From Candidatus Lloydbacteria bacterium RIFCSPHIGHO2_02_FULL_50_18 (GTDB lineage Bacteria > Patescibacteriota > Minisyncoccia > Phycocordibacterales > UBA6899), in the NCBI GenBank assembly GCA_001821395.1, contig MHLM01000014.1, forward strand, positions 1-64,000: DNA of 64,000 nt, given 5' to 3'. Position numbers and translations under genes: made by a program. Shown here one piece after another: positions 27,173 through 37,127 of this stretch. Numbering within the stretch: position 1 is the first letter of the stretch; each line of letters opens with the position of its first letter. The notes beneath the pieces were generated by a model that was not told where the DNA came from, searched no databases, and saw only the letters and a program-made list of their open reading frames with translations.

Positions 27173-27814
27173 TTATTTTGTCAGCAGTATCGCGTAGGCG
27201 CTTACTTGCTTTGTCACATTTTTTCCAATCAAATTATCGATGACACGCGCAACGGGCTCAAGGAATCGTGTGTGCGGATTTAATATCACCCATGTTTCAA
27301 GCGCACCTCGAATAGGGACAATTTCTATTGATGAAAATTTCTTGAAAAGTTCGCGAATCGCTTCCTCGGTGAATCGCCAGTAGTCGCCGAAGTAACCAGG
27401 TTCCGAATGATAGTAGTAAAGGAACGGTACATAGACATAGACTAGACCACCGGGTTTGAGTGTGCGATATATCTCCTCTGCAGCCGTAAAGGGATTAGTG
27501 ACGTGTTCAAGTACCGATGCGCAAATGATCGCATCAATGGAGTTGTTGACAAAAGGCATCTTGTGGATATCGCCCACTATGTCGGGATGGAATGTGTCGA
27601 CGGGATCCATGATTTTGTAGTCGACTTTTTCGGCGAGTGTTGAAATCCATGCAGTACTCGCATCGTAGCGATCCCCTTGGGTATTTTTCAGCCGCAGCCC
27701 TCCGCCAATGTCTATCACGAGTTTTCTGGGGGTATGTTCGGAAAATATGAATGCCATCCATCCGCGGAAGCGTTCGTCGTGTGTTGTCATGATCTTGAGT
27801 CTAGCAGAAAACAT
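27173..27814 (-). CDS. class I SAM-dependent methyltransferase
   Basis: VIDIGGGL motif I and LKPGGLVYVYVP. Confidence 0.6.
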   Translation of the reverse strand: MFSARLKIMTTHDERFRGWMAFIFSEHTPRKLVIDIGGGLRLKNTQGDRYDASTAWISTLAEKVDYKIMDPVDTFHPDIVGDIHKMPFVNNSIDAIICASVLEHVTNPFTAAEEIYRTLKPGGLVYVYVPFLYYYHSEPGYFGDYWRFTEEAIRELFKKFSSIEIVPIRGALETWVILNPHTRFLEPVARVIDNLIGKNVTKQVSAYAILLTK

Positions 27815-28080
27815 GTGCCATTTCTAGCTATACCACAGGGTCAAGAATTAGGAAGGAGTGGCATTTGCGCCATTATGTGAGAAAATCGTGTTATCTTAGG
27901 ACTGGCGCGAATGGATGAAATTCGAGGCGCGGGGAAAGCGATGAGCGACCAAAATTCACTGACCGCAGGGAATATGAATTTGGAAGTCCCAGTATGGGGG
28001 AAGACATATTCATATATGTTGACCGAATCGTGGGGGCCCCGCAACAAAGAAGTTCGCCATTTGCGTAAGTACTAACTACT

Positions 28081-28818
28081 ATGGCAAACACCGAAGTCAA
28101 AAATTTTTATAACGAAACCATGCCGGGAAAGTTCGGTGAAGACTACGAATATACCCGCTGGTTCAAGGACGAGATACAGCGCGTTGGGTACGCACAGACC
28201 AAGGATGCGATCACTGTACACGTTCTTGATGACGCAATACTAGATCCATCTTTCATTCTCGAACTCGGGCCGGGTGCTGCAACGTGGACAAAGCATCTTC
28301 TCGCGCGTTTCCCCGACGCATCATTCGACCTTCTTGATATTTCAAGAGAAATGCTCGCACGCTCGCATAAAGCTATCGGTGAGAATGCGCACGTAAACTA
28401 TGTCGAATCAGATATTCTCGAGTGGGATCCGAAGGGATCATATGAATTCTTTTTTTCTTCACGTGTCATTGAGTATATCGATGACAAAAAAAAGTTTTGT
28501 GAAAAAATATTTTCAGTACTTGAATCGAACGGGAGAGGATTCCTGATCACCAAAATGCCGCACTACGAGCGCGAACGATTGCTCAGGCATGCAAAAAGTG
28601 ATCTCCATCAGGGGCAAATGGCCCCCGCGGTGCTCCGTGAAACGCTCATGTCGGTGGGATTCATCGATGTGGACTGTTATCCTGTGACGATGGTCTTTCC
28701 GTTCCTTCATTCCGCTTTTGCGAATAAATGGATCGGGAGACTTTTCGGAAGCAGAACGCTGGGATTCTTCGGTATGCTCTTTGCTGAATCGTATTGCGTA
28801 GTATTTCGTAAGCCATAA
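28081..28818 (+). CDS. class I SAM-dependent methyltransferase
   Basis: ILELGPGAATWT motif I and the acidic motif II DLLDIS. Confidence 0.55.
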   Translation: MANTEVKNFYNETMPGKFGEDYEYTRWFKDEIQRVGYAQTKDAITVHVLDDAILDPSFILELGPGAATWTKHLLARFPDASFDLLDISREMLARSHKAIGENAHVNYVESDILEWDPKGSYEFFFSSRVIEYIDDKKKFCEKIFSVLESNGRGFLITKMPHYERERLLRHAKSDLHQGQMAPAVLRETLMSVGFIDVDCYPVTMVFPFLHSAFANKWIGRLFGSRTLGFFGMLFAESYCVVFRKP

Positions 28819-28902
28819 CGTGAATCGTCGTGACCCAGTAGTGAATTTTTAGCTTGAGCATGTTTTACCTGCATATCTTACAAAGTATAAAAATCATTCG
28901 AT

Positions 28903-30651
28903 ATGATCATTGAATTGACGGGATTGCCGGGAAGCGGAAAAAGCACATTTGCAAAGAAGCTTGTCCAAGAAGGCGAGTGGCAGATCGTCCGCACGAATGG
29001 TATGGCTGACATCCTTTGGAATAATTGCTGTTTTGCTCTCCGGCATCCCATTTATTTTTCAAGAGGTTTTTTTGCAATGATCCGTTTTTGTGGCGCACGC
29101 CAGTTTTGGTATACGAAATTCATGAATCTTTTCTTGGTCCACAACGCGAAGTACATGAAAGCATCGCGCATGTCGCATGCGATCATTGATCAGGGGCACC
29201 ATCAAAATATCATCTCACTTTTTGATGAGAAGGCGTCAGACGTCGTGCTTCGTACATATCTTGCAAAACTTCCACAACCGGATGCGCTCGTTCTATTCGC
29301 AGCAGATGAAGATGTACGCGCAAGCCGTCTCCGTGCGCGTGGGTATGGGGCACGCGAGAATGTGGAAGGGGGCCTGCGAGAGGCCTGGGAAGACGCTCGT
29401 GGGGTCAATTTTGAGCTCCTGTACGCCATTCGTAGTGAGCTCCCGGTCACAACGATGGTCGTGACTCCTGAGAATGAGGAGGAGCAGTTGGGCTCGTTGG
29501 CACATTTTCGTTTATGGAGATTCGTCATGCACCTACGCATGCCCACCGAGAAGGCGCACGGACTCCAGATCGCTAATACCTTACAGGCATTATCGAGAGC
29601 CGGACAGCAAGTTGAGCTATGGGTGACAAAACGAAAAAATGCCATCAGTGAAAATGTATTTACTTACTACGGATTGAGTGAACGATTTCCCGTTCGATAT
29701 TTACGTGTTCTTCCTGCGCTCAGGCTTACAAGCATATTGGGGGCCGGGGCGTATTGGCTTGAGGCGGCATTTTTTATGATCGTACTCCTCATGGAGAGGA
29801 TAGATACCTCAATGATCTACTACACACGCAATGCCGAAGTCGCTTGGCTTCTTGGGAAAAAAGGAGCAACCGTGTTCTACGAAGCGCATTTATGGCCGAG
29901 CGGAAAGAGCGTAATATTTCGTTTTTTTCTTCAAGGCGTGAAAGGCATCGTTGCAAATTCGGAGGGCACAGCAGAAGTCTTTCGAAAAAACGGTTTTTCC
30001 AATACAGAAGTCATTCGCAACGGTGCCGATCTTGAAAAATTTTCGATCGATATGACGCGTGAAGATGCGCGTAAGAAGATAGACCTCCCCCTCGACGGTG
30101 ACATCATTATGTATGTCGGTTCTTTTGCGCGCTGGAAGGGTGTTGCAACGCTCCGTGGTGCGTGGGCAAAGCTTCGTAAGCAATTTCCGAATGCGCATTT
30201 GGTCATGGTTGGCGGCACGACAAAAGATCTTACTCATTTTCCCGAGTGCCGGGAGTTAGCCGGGGATACGCAGTGTATCGTGCGCGGCCATCTGCCGTCG
30301 TCGATGATCCCGACGTATCTCCGTGCGGCGGACATCCTTGTCCTCCCAAATGAGCCCGTGAGCGAAGAATCTATCCGCTTCACCTCGCCGATCAAATTGT
30401 TCGAGTACATGGCCTCCGGGCGACCCATTGTCGCATCCGATCTTCCCTCAATGCGCGAGATATTGAATGAAACAAATGCTTCACTATTCATCTCCGGAGA
30501 CAAAGACGATCTTGCTCGAAGTATTGCTGACCTGCTAGTGAACAAAGGGGCCGGCGACGAGCATGCGAAGAACGCCTCCGCACTTGTCCGAGAATACAGT
30601 TGGGAGGCGCGCGCGAGGCGATTGGTCGCCTTCGTGGACTCGTCACGTTGA
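28903..30651 (+). CDS. fusion of a P-loop NTPase/kinase-like domain (N-terminal ~200 aa) with a GT4 glycosyltransferase
   Basis: Walker A LTGLPGSGKST at residues 5-15. C-terminal GT4 motifs (FTSPIKLFEYMASGRPIVASDL). Confidence 0.6.
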   Translation: MIIELTGLPGSGKSTFAKKLVQEGEWQIVRTNGMADILWNNCCFALRHPIYFSRGFFAMIRFCGARQFWYTKFMNLFLVHNAKYMKASRMSHAIIDQGHHQNIISLFDEKASDVVLRTYLAKLPQPDALVLFAADEDVRASRLRARGYGARENVEGGLREAWEDARGVNFELLYAIRSELPVTTMVVTPENEEEQLGSLAHFRLWRFVMHLRMPTEKAHGLQIANTLQALSRAGQQVELWVTKRKNAISENVFTYYGLSERFPVRYLRVLPALRLTSILGAGAYWLEAAFFMIVLLMERIDTSMIYYTRNAEVAWLLGKKGATVFYEAHLWPSGKSVIFRFFLQGVKGIVANSEGTAEVFRKNGFSNTEVIRNGADLEKFSIDMTREDARKKIDLPLDGDIIMYVGSFARWKGVATLRGAWAKLRKQFPNAHLVMVGGTTKDLTHFPECRELAGDTQCIVRGHLPSSMIPTYLRAADILVLPNEPVSEESIRFTSPIKLFEYMASGRPIVASDLPSMREILNETNASLFISGDKDDLARSIADLLVNKGAGDEHAKNASALVREYSWEARARRLVAFVDSSR

Positions 30652-30720
30652 CAGATCATTCCTTTTTGCGCTTAATAGAGAAGTTCGATCAATCACCCAA
30701 CCAGTCACAAGGAGTTCTTT

Positions 30721-30897
30721 ATGAACAATGTCGGAATCGTTCCGGTGCAGGACTACGTCTCGAATGTTGCAAGCCAGTCAGAGCTCGATGATCTTGAGCA
30801 ACGGATCATCAAGCGTCGCCTTGAATTAGCACGTCGAGTGCCGCGTCCAAACCCCCTTGGTGTTGATCGAGAGCTTTGCCAGCAGATTGGGTCCTGA
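30721..30897 (+). CDS. small hypothetical protein (58 aa)
   Basis: An ATG preceded by AAGGAG at optimal spacing inside an otherwise gene-free 390-bp gap. Too short for the ORF track. Confidence 0.25.
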   Translation: MNNVGIVPVQDYVSNVASQSELDDLEQRIIKRRLELARRVPRPNPLGVDRELCQQIGS

Positions 30898-31044
30898 ATA
30901 CCAACAGCGCATCGTGCTGTTTTTGATATGTGGTATATAGCCTCACGCCACATAAGGACTTGGATCACCATCATCATTGACACTCTGGGTCTATATTAGC
31001 TCCTTCCACTGTTTTGTTTTTTTAAAGAAGTGTAAGATAGGAAA

Positions 31045-31680
31045 ATGTTCAACAAGATCACACGAAAGAAACTCGAATACTTCTTAGCGATACACCGCAC
31101 GGATAAAAGGGTTCTCGATATTGGGGCTGGAGGCTCGGGGTATAATAAATTTTTTCCGAATCGACTTACTGTGGACATCGACCCCGCTCGAAATCCTGAA
31201 ATTGTTGGGGACATTGAGTCTTTGCCGTTCAAGGACGGCGAGTTTGAATTCATCCTTTGCACAGAAGTATTGGAGCATGTAAATGATCCATTTAAGGCGG
31301 TTGGAGAACTTTCTCGCGTCCTCAAATCTGGGGGCACCCTTCTTCTCACAACACGTTTTATGTATCCTATCCATGACGCTCCGCATGATCTTTATCGTTT
31401 CACGAAATATGGATTAAGGCATCTATTTAATGATTGGGATATTGATGAGTTGGAGGAGGAAACAACTGGCTTCTCGACGCTCGCTGTCCTCCTTCAGCGC
31501 TTTGCATTCCAAATGCATTTTCGTTGTGACAAACCCATGAAGTTTTTATTATTTTTACTCGCATGGTTATTAACGAAGTTAGACTGGCTTATCATTAAGG
31601 AGTATGGGAATATTCAAAAAACAAAGATCGAATCTAATCTTTTCGCAAGTGGATATTACTTGGTGGCTCATAAAAAGTAG
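31045..31680 (+). CDS. class I SAM-dependent methyltransferase
   Basis: VLDIGAGGSGY motif I and LKSGGTLLLTT. Confidence 0.65.
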   Translation: MFNKITRKKLEYFLAIHRTDKRVLDIGAGGSGYNKFFPNRLTVDIDPARNPEIVGDIESLPFKDGEFEFILCTEVLEHVNDPFKAVGELSRVLKSGGTLLLTTRFMYPIHDAPHDLYRFTKYGLRHLFNDWDIDELEEETTGFSTLAVLLQRFAFQMHFRCDKPMKFLLFLLAWLLTKLDWLIIKEYGNIQKTKIESNLFASGYYLVAHKK

Positions 31681-31745
31681 TGTTTTATCCGGAATTATAT
31701 AGAGTTGCGACCGAGTAGTTCTTATTTGAGTTCTCATCAACAAAC

Positions 31746-32795
31746 ATGAAAAAGAGTCTATTGGTAGTTGGGATTCGTTTGCGCGAGTACCCCCGTAATG
31801 TGGTGTTGCTCAATGCCCTAACGGAGGTGTTTGGGACTACCGAGGTAAGCCTGAACAATTTGTCGCAATTGGGACTCCTGAAGGTTCTTTTTAGCTACAG
31901 AAATAACGTTGATGGCGTGATGCTCGTTCAGCCCGCCCAGCGATTTGCCCCCGCTTTATTGGTGTTCAGAATGGTTAGCGGAATGACCATTATCGGAGAC
32001 GCCTTCACTTCAATATATGATACGCTTGTAAATGACCGCGCACTTGCGAGAAAGTGGAGTCTTAAGGCTGCATATTATTTTGTGCTCGATATGATATTTG
32101 TACAAGCGTGTGACACGCTTATCTTTGATACTGAAGAGCATAAAGATTTTTTTGTTAACACGTTTCGCATAAAGAGAAGGTGTGTCATTGTTCCTGTTTC
32201 GATTGATATGGAGGCGATGAAAAATATCACGGCGGAGCCTCTCCCGACGTGGAATGAGTCTTACTTTCGAGTTTTGTTTTGGGGATATTATATCCCACTG
32301 CAAGGAGTTGAATATATTATTCGTGCCGCTGTTGTTTTGAAAGACCATCCTCATATCCGATTTACATTGCTCGGTGGGGGGCAGACCAAGAATGAGATGG
32401 TGGAGTTGGTGGCAACGATGGGTGTTAAAAAAAATATTGCATTCCTTCCGCCCGTGGAACATGAAGAACTTCTTCGCTACACCAAGGGTGCTGATCTAAT
32501 GCTGGGTATATTCGGAAAAAGTGAAAAAGCTGGCAGGGTCATCCCCAATAAGATTATCGAGTCAGCGGCGCTTGGGGTTCCAATCGTGACTGGCAGGAGC
32601 ACTCCCGTCGAAAGGTTTTTTGAAGAAGGGGAAAATATATTCTTCTGTAATATGTCAGATCCTGAAGATTTGGCAAAAGTTATCCTCAAAGCATATAATA
32701 CGAAAGATCTCGCGCGCATCGGAAGGGGTGGGCAGGAAGTTGTTTCACGGCATTTTAGCACTGAGCACCTTTGCCACATACTCAAGACGCTTTAG
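31746..32795 (+). CDS. glycosyltransferase (GT4-like C-domain)
   Basis: KIIESAALGVPIVTGRS in the nucleotide-sugar binding domain. Confidence 0.5.
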   Translation: MKKSLLVVGIRLREYPRNVVLLNALTEVFGTTEVSLNNLSQLGLLKVLFSYRNNVDGVMLVQPAQRFAPALLVFRMVSGMTIIGDAFTSIYDTLVNDRALARKWSLKAAYYFVLDMIFVQACDTLIFDTEEHKDFFVNTFRIKRRCVIVPVSIDMEAMKNITAEPLPTWNESYFRVLFWGYYIPLQGVEYIIRAAVVLKDHPHIRFTLLGGGQTKNEMVELVATMGVKKNIAFLPPVEHEELLRYTKGADLMLGIFGKSEKAGRVIPNKIIESAALGVPIVTGRSTPVERFFEEGENIFFCNMSDPEDLAKVILKAYNTKDLARIGRGGQEVVSRHFSTEHLCHILKTL

Positions 32796-32814
32796 CGACG
32801 CGCTATCTATCCTC

Positions 32815-33474
32815 ATGTCACAAACACAGATTCTCAGTCACTATAGTGACAAAAAATACGAAAAGATCAGCGCCGGGCGTCGTAGGGGGATACTCTCACT
32901 CCTCGGTGATTTTTCGGATAAACACATTCTCGATATTGGGTGTGCAAACGGTGCGCTTGGTGAAATTTTAAAAAAGATCTCACCTTGTGAAATTACTGGA
33001 ATCGACATTTCGCCGGGGGCAGAAGCGGCAGCTCGTCGTGCCCTTGATCACGTGTATATATTTGATACCGAAGATGAGGCGGCATGGCCCGCGGAGCTTC
33101 GTGGTAAGGTGTTCGACGCCATTATTATTTCCGAGGTCCTCGAGCATCTTTTTGCTCCGGAGCATCTCCTTGCGCAATTACACACACTCTCTGATTCACA
33201 AACAAGCATTATTCTCACGGTGCCAAATATTCTTTTTTGGAGGAACCGCCTACGCATCTTCTTTGGTCATTTCGAGTATGAGGAACGAGGGCTTATGGAT
33301 AGGGGGCACATCCATTTTTTTTCCTGGAAGAGTTTTTGCGAGCTTATTGATGAGTGCGGGTTCGTGATGATTACTGTTGCTCACCATGTCCCGACACGTG
33401 GAACAACACTATTATCCAAGTGGTTCCCGGGACTTTTTGCGCAAAATTTTATTGTGAAGATTGTAAATGAATAA
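32815..33474 (+). CDS. class I SAM-dependent methyltransferase
   Basis: ILDIGCANGALG motif I. The listed longer frame (32620) overlaps the previous gene, so the ATG at 32815 is preferred. Confidence 0.6.
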   Translation: MSQTQILSHYSDKKYEKISAGRRRGILSLLGDFSDKHILDIGCANGALGEILKKISPCEITGIDISPGAEAAARRALDHVYIFDTEDEAAWPAELRGKVFDAIIISEVLEHLFAPEHLLAQLHTLSDSQTSIILTVPNILFWRNRLRIFFGHFEYEERGLMDRGHIHFFSWKSFCELIDECGFVMITVAHHVPTRGTTLLSKWFPGLFAQNFIVKIVNE

Positions 33475-33548
33475 ATACATATTTGCCACCTTCATGTGGG
33501 AAAATAGGTTAAAAGTGTAGTGGAGCACATGCTTCAATGTGAAATAAT

Positions 33549-34316
33549 ATGGAACAACACAATCCTATCAAGAAGCGCATCGTTGTTTACACGGCGATAT
33601 TTGGTCCTGTGGATCATTTGCAGGAGCCACTCGTGATACCTGCCGATTGTGATTTTGTGTGCCTTACCGATCAATCGTTCCGCTCAAAAGTGTGGCAGGT
33701 CCGGCGCATTGCATCACCGCTCCCAGGAGACTTCCAGCGGAGCAATCGCTTTTGTAAATTATTTCCTCATAAATTTTTCCCCGAGTACGAATACTCCATC
33801 TACGTTGACGGAAACATGATCATCCATGGTGACGTGAGTGTGCTTATTAAAAGTTCTCTTAAAAGTGCCAACATCGCCTTCTTTGACCATGCACAAATAA
33901 AGAATTCACCAATTGATTGTATCTATGATGAGGCAGAGTTGATCTATAAACTCGCGTTGAAGGGGAGGCATAAGGATGATCCTGTGATCGTACGTGCGCA
34001 AATGGAGCGGTTCCACAAGGAGGGCTACCCAGAACACAACGGATTGATCAGCGGCATGGTTGTACTCCGAAGACACAATGAGCCCGATGTGATTCGGGCA
34101 ATGGAGGCATGGTGGGGGTGTCTCACGACCATGTCTCGACGAGATCAGCTTTCATTCAATTATGTCGCATGGAAACTTGGATTAAGGGTTGCATACCTTC
34201 CTGGTGATTCAACGGATAATCCCTATTTTTTTCGTGCTGCGCATCGACTTTCCCTATCCCGTCGTATCCGTGCGCACGCACTAGCTGTGAAAAAGCGTTT
34301 GATGAGCGTGTTATAG
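33549..34316 (+). CDS. DUF616-like putative glycosyltransferase
   Basis: The N-terminal RIVVYTAIFGPVD resembles the DUF616/TOD1 family signature. This assignment is from memory. Confidence 0.4.
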   Translation: MEQHNPIKKRIVVYTAIFGPVDHLQEPLVIPADCDFVCLTDQSFRSKVWQVRRIASPLPGDFQRSNRFCKLFPHKFFPEYEYSIYVDGNMIIHGDVSVLIKSSLKSANIAFFDHAQIKNSPIDCIYDEAELIYKLALKGRHKDDPVIVRAQMERFHKEGYPEHNGLISGMVVLRRHNEPDVIRAMEAWWGCLTTMSRRDQLSFNYVAWKLGLRVAYLPGDSTDNPYFFRAAHRLSLSRRIRAHALAVKKRLMSVL

Positions 34317-34340
34317 TGTGTAAAATATTAAGAATTATTT

Positions 34341-36209
34341 ATGTGTGGAATAAACGGCTTTATAAATTCACAAGGGAATCCGGTCGATTTGATCGGACAG
34401 ATGAACGATGCGACGAAACATCGCGGCCCTGACGGCGTGGGGTCTTGGAGTGACGAGCTGCTCACCCTTGGACAGAATCTTCTCGCTATCACTGAGACTC
34501 CTCAGAATGCCAAGCAGCCGAGTGTTTCAAGAGATGGGAATTATGTCCTTGTCTATAACGGTGAAATTTATAATTACAAAGAATTGAGAAAGGCACTTGA
34601 GGGGGAGGGGGTTATTTTTCATACAGATGGCGACACTGAGGTGATATTCGAGGGATTGATGCGCCACGGTCCTTCATATTTTGCACAGCTTGACGGTATG
34701 TTTGCCATTGCCTTTTATGAAAAGCAAAAGCAAAAAGTTTTTTTGGCGCGTGATCGAGCAGGCATGAAACCACTCTACATCGCACACCATGACGGCGCAG
34801 TTGTTTTTTCTTCAGAGATGCGCGGACTTTTTGCATATGGCATACCGAGGGTCCTTGATATTGAGGTCGCGCGTTCATTCTTTATTTTTGGATATACGCC
34901 GTCGAAGGAAACCCTCATCAAGGGCATTGTAAAGCTCCCCCCGGGCTCCCTAAGAGAGATCGATCTTGCGTCAGGCAAAGAACACGATGAATGGTTCGGG
35001 TGGAGCGATCGCACTGACTTGGCTGCGAAATTCACCCCGGAGATCTTGAGACAAAAGTTTGGTGATTCCGTCCACGCGCACACCATGGGTCTTCGTCCAT
35101 TCGGCCTTTTTCTTTCGGGAGGTCTTGATTCGACGGTGATCCTTCATGAACTTGCAGAAAAAGAAAGAGAAATGGTGAAGACCTATACAACACGCTTCGA
35201 GACAAAGGACACTCGGTACAATGAAGATGCGGATCTCGCGGCAAAATTGTCGGGTGATTACAATATTCAACATCATGAGCTGCTGGTCACTGAGCGCATG
35301 TTCATTGATTCCTATGAAGAGGCTATCTTGGCAATGGAGGAACCCCGATACAACCCATCCGTCCCCGCATATTGGCTCTTGGCGCAAATGGCATCGAAGG
35401 ATATCACCGTGGTCTTGAACGGTTCCGGGGGAGACGAACTTTTTTTAGGATATCCGAGATATCAAAATGCAAGGAACATCGTGAAAAAGTACGAGCGCTT
35501 TCCGAAGTTGCTTCTCGATGCACGCTATACGATCGAGGGGATACAGGAAGGACTTATCAGACCTGGGCACATGCTGCACTTGGGTGAGAATGCTCCTTTG
35601 TGGGCGTACGTGAACAAGATCATGCCGCCTTTCCGCAATCCCGCGTTCCGATTCATGGATGGCTTTGATATGGCTGATGCAACAGCGCATTTTGTGAACG
35701 CGGATATCCCGCCTCTTCGCGACCCGCTATCCGACCGCGTGAATGCGATCGCTGAACTTGACCGATGGTTCTGGCTTGCGAATGAGGAGTTCATGCGGAC
35801 CGATAAGGTCATCATGCATTTTGGGATGGAGGGGAGATTTCCGTTCCTTGCGAATGATCTTGTGCGGTATGCGAACGGCATATCGTCAGAAGAAAAACTG
35901 AGGAGGGGAAAGAAGTCGCTCGTACGGGAAGCGTATCAAGGTAAACTTCCGGAATATATTCTCAATAAGAAAAAAACGGGTTGGAATGCCCCGGTCACCG
36001 AATGGATGTCGAGTGAATTTGGTGCAATGGTGAGGAATGTGCTCACTCCGGAGTATTATCCTCCCACCGCGGAGCTTTTTGATTTTAGCGCCCTCACAAA
36101 GCGCACCCTCGAAGGAAAAGTTCGTTTCGAAAAAGCCGATCTCATGGAATTTCTCCCAATCGTACAATTCCAAGTCTGGGCACGGGTGTTTAATGTAACA
36201 CTTTCTTAA
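34341..36209 (+). CDS. asnB: asparagine synthetase B-family glutamine amidotransferase (putative sugar amidotransferase, WbpS-like role)
   Basis: N-terminal nucleophile MCGI and PP-loop SGGLDS. Confidence 0.85.
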   Translation: MCGINGFINSQGNPVDLIGQMNDATKHRGPDGVGSWSDELLTLGQNLLAITETPQNAKQPSVSRDGNYVLVYNGEIYNYKELRKALEGEGVIFHTDGDTEVIFEGLMRHGPSYFAQLDGMFAIAFYEKQKQKVFLARDRAGMKPLYIAHHDGAVVFSSEMRGLFAYGIPRVLDIEVARSFFIFGYTPSKETLIKGIVKLPPGSLREIDLASGKEHDEWFGWSDRTDLAAKFTPEILRQKFGDSVHAHTMGLRPFGLFLSGGLDSTVILHELAEKEREMVKTYTTRFETKDTRYNEDADLAAKLSGDYNIQHHELLVTERMFIDSYEEAILAMEEPRYNPSVPAYWLLAQMASKDITVVLNGSGGDELFLGYPRYQNARNIVKKYERFPKLLLDARYTIEGIQEGLIRPGHMLHLGENAPLWAYVNKIMPPFRNPAFRFMDGFDMADATAHFVNADIPPLRDPLSDRVNAIAELDRWFWLANEEFMRTDKVIMHFGMEGRFPFLANDLVRYANGISSEEKLRRGKKSLVREAYQGKLPEYILNKKKTGWNAPVTEWMSSEFGAMVRNVLTPEYYPPTAELFDFSALTKRTLEGKVRFEKADLMEFLPIVQFQVWARVFNVTLS

Positions 36210-36214
36210 TCCCG

Positions 36215-37096
36215 ATGAATATGTCACCAAAAGTCTCCGTGGTCATCCCCACATTTAATCGTCCAGAACTCTTGAAGCGCTCGGTGGCGTCTGTGCTCGC
36301 GCAAACATACCAGGATTTCGAGGTCATTATTGTGGATGATGGCGACAAGATTCGCGCCAGAGATGTTGCTCAAGGTTTTCATGATCCCCGTGTCGTCTAT
36401 ATAGAAAACAATCCGCCAAAAAGAGGTGGTGGCGCATCTCGCAATATTGGAATAGTAAACGCTCGCGGAAATTGGATCGCATTTCAGGACGATGATGATG
36501 AATGGTTCCCAGGGAAACTCGCCTTACAAATAGATGCACTCTCACACGCATCTCCCGATGTTGGATTCTGCTTTACCGCCGTCGTGAATGATCACGGAGA
36601 TAAACGGGTCGAGACCAAAGTGACTGAGGGTGAATATGATTATCGTGATATCGCACTACGGCGCTTTGCGGGATTTTTAACGATCACCCTTGTTTTTCCA
36701 AAACAGATATTAGAGGAGGTTGGCGGCTTTGACGAAACACTCCCAAGTCATCAAGAGCCGGAACTTATGATCCGTGTGACGCGTAAATACAAGGGCATTG
36801 CAATCAATCGCCCCTTGGCCCGCGTGAACATGACCCCGCATGAACATATTGGCGGAGATCTGTCTCGTCGTATCGCAGGAAGGGAGATCATCATTCGGAA
36901 GCATTATGATCTATTAGTGCATCATCCAAGAACGCTCGCTTATCATTATTTCCAGACAGGATTATGGTGCCGTGATTCCGGGAAACTCACAAAAGCAAAG
37001 ACGTACTTCTGGAAAGCGTTCAGGCTGTCCGGGAATCCGCGCTATCTTGCCCACTGGGTGAGAACAGTATTTAAAAAAGACGTTGTTTGCCAGTAG
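36215..37096 (+). CDS. glycosyltransferase family 2
   Basis: VSVVIPTFNRPELLKRSVASVLAQTY, DDGD and QDDDDEW (DxD) motifs. Confidence 0.75.
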   Translation: MNMSPKVSVVIPTFNRPELLKRSVASVLAQTYQDFEVIIVDDGDKIRARDVAQGFHDPRVVYIENNPPKRGGGASRNIGIVNARGNWIAFQDDDDEWFPGKLALQIDALSHASPDVGFCFTAVVNDHGDKRVETKVTEGEYDYRDIALRRFAGFLTITLVFPKQILEEVGGFDETLPSHQEPELMIRVTRKYKGIAINRPLARVNMTPHEHIGGDLSRRIAGREIIIRKHYDLLVHHPRTLAYHYFQTGLWCRDSGKLTKAKTYFWKAFRLSGNPRYLAHWVRTVFKKDVVCQ

Positions 37097-37127
37097 TTTC
37101 TTCACGCGTTAGTATTGGGTGACCGTT

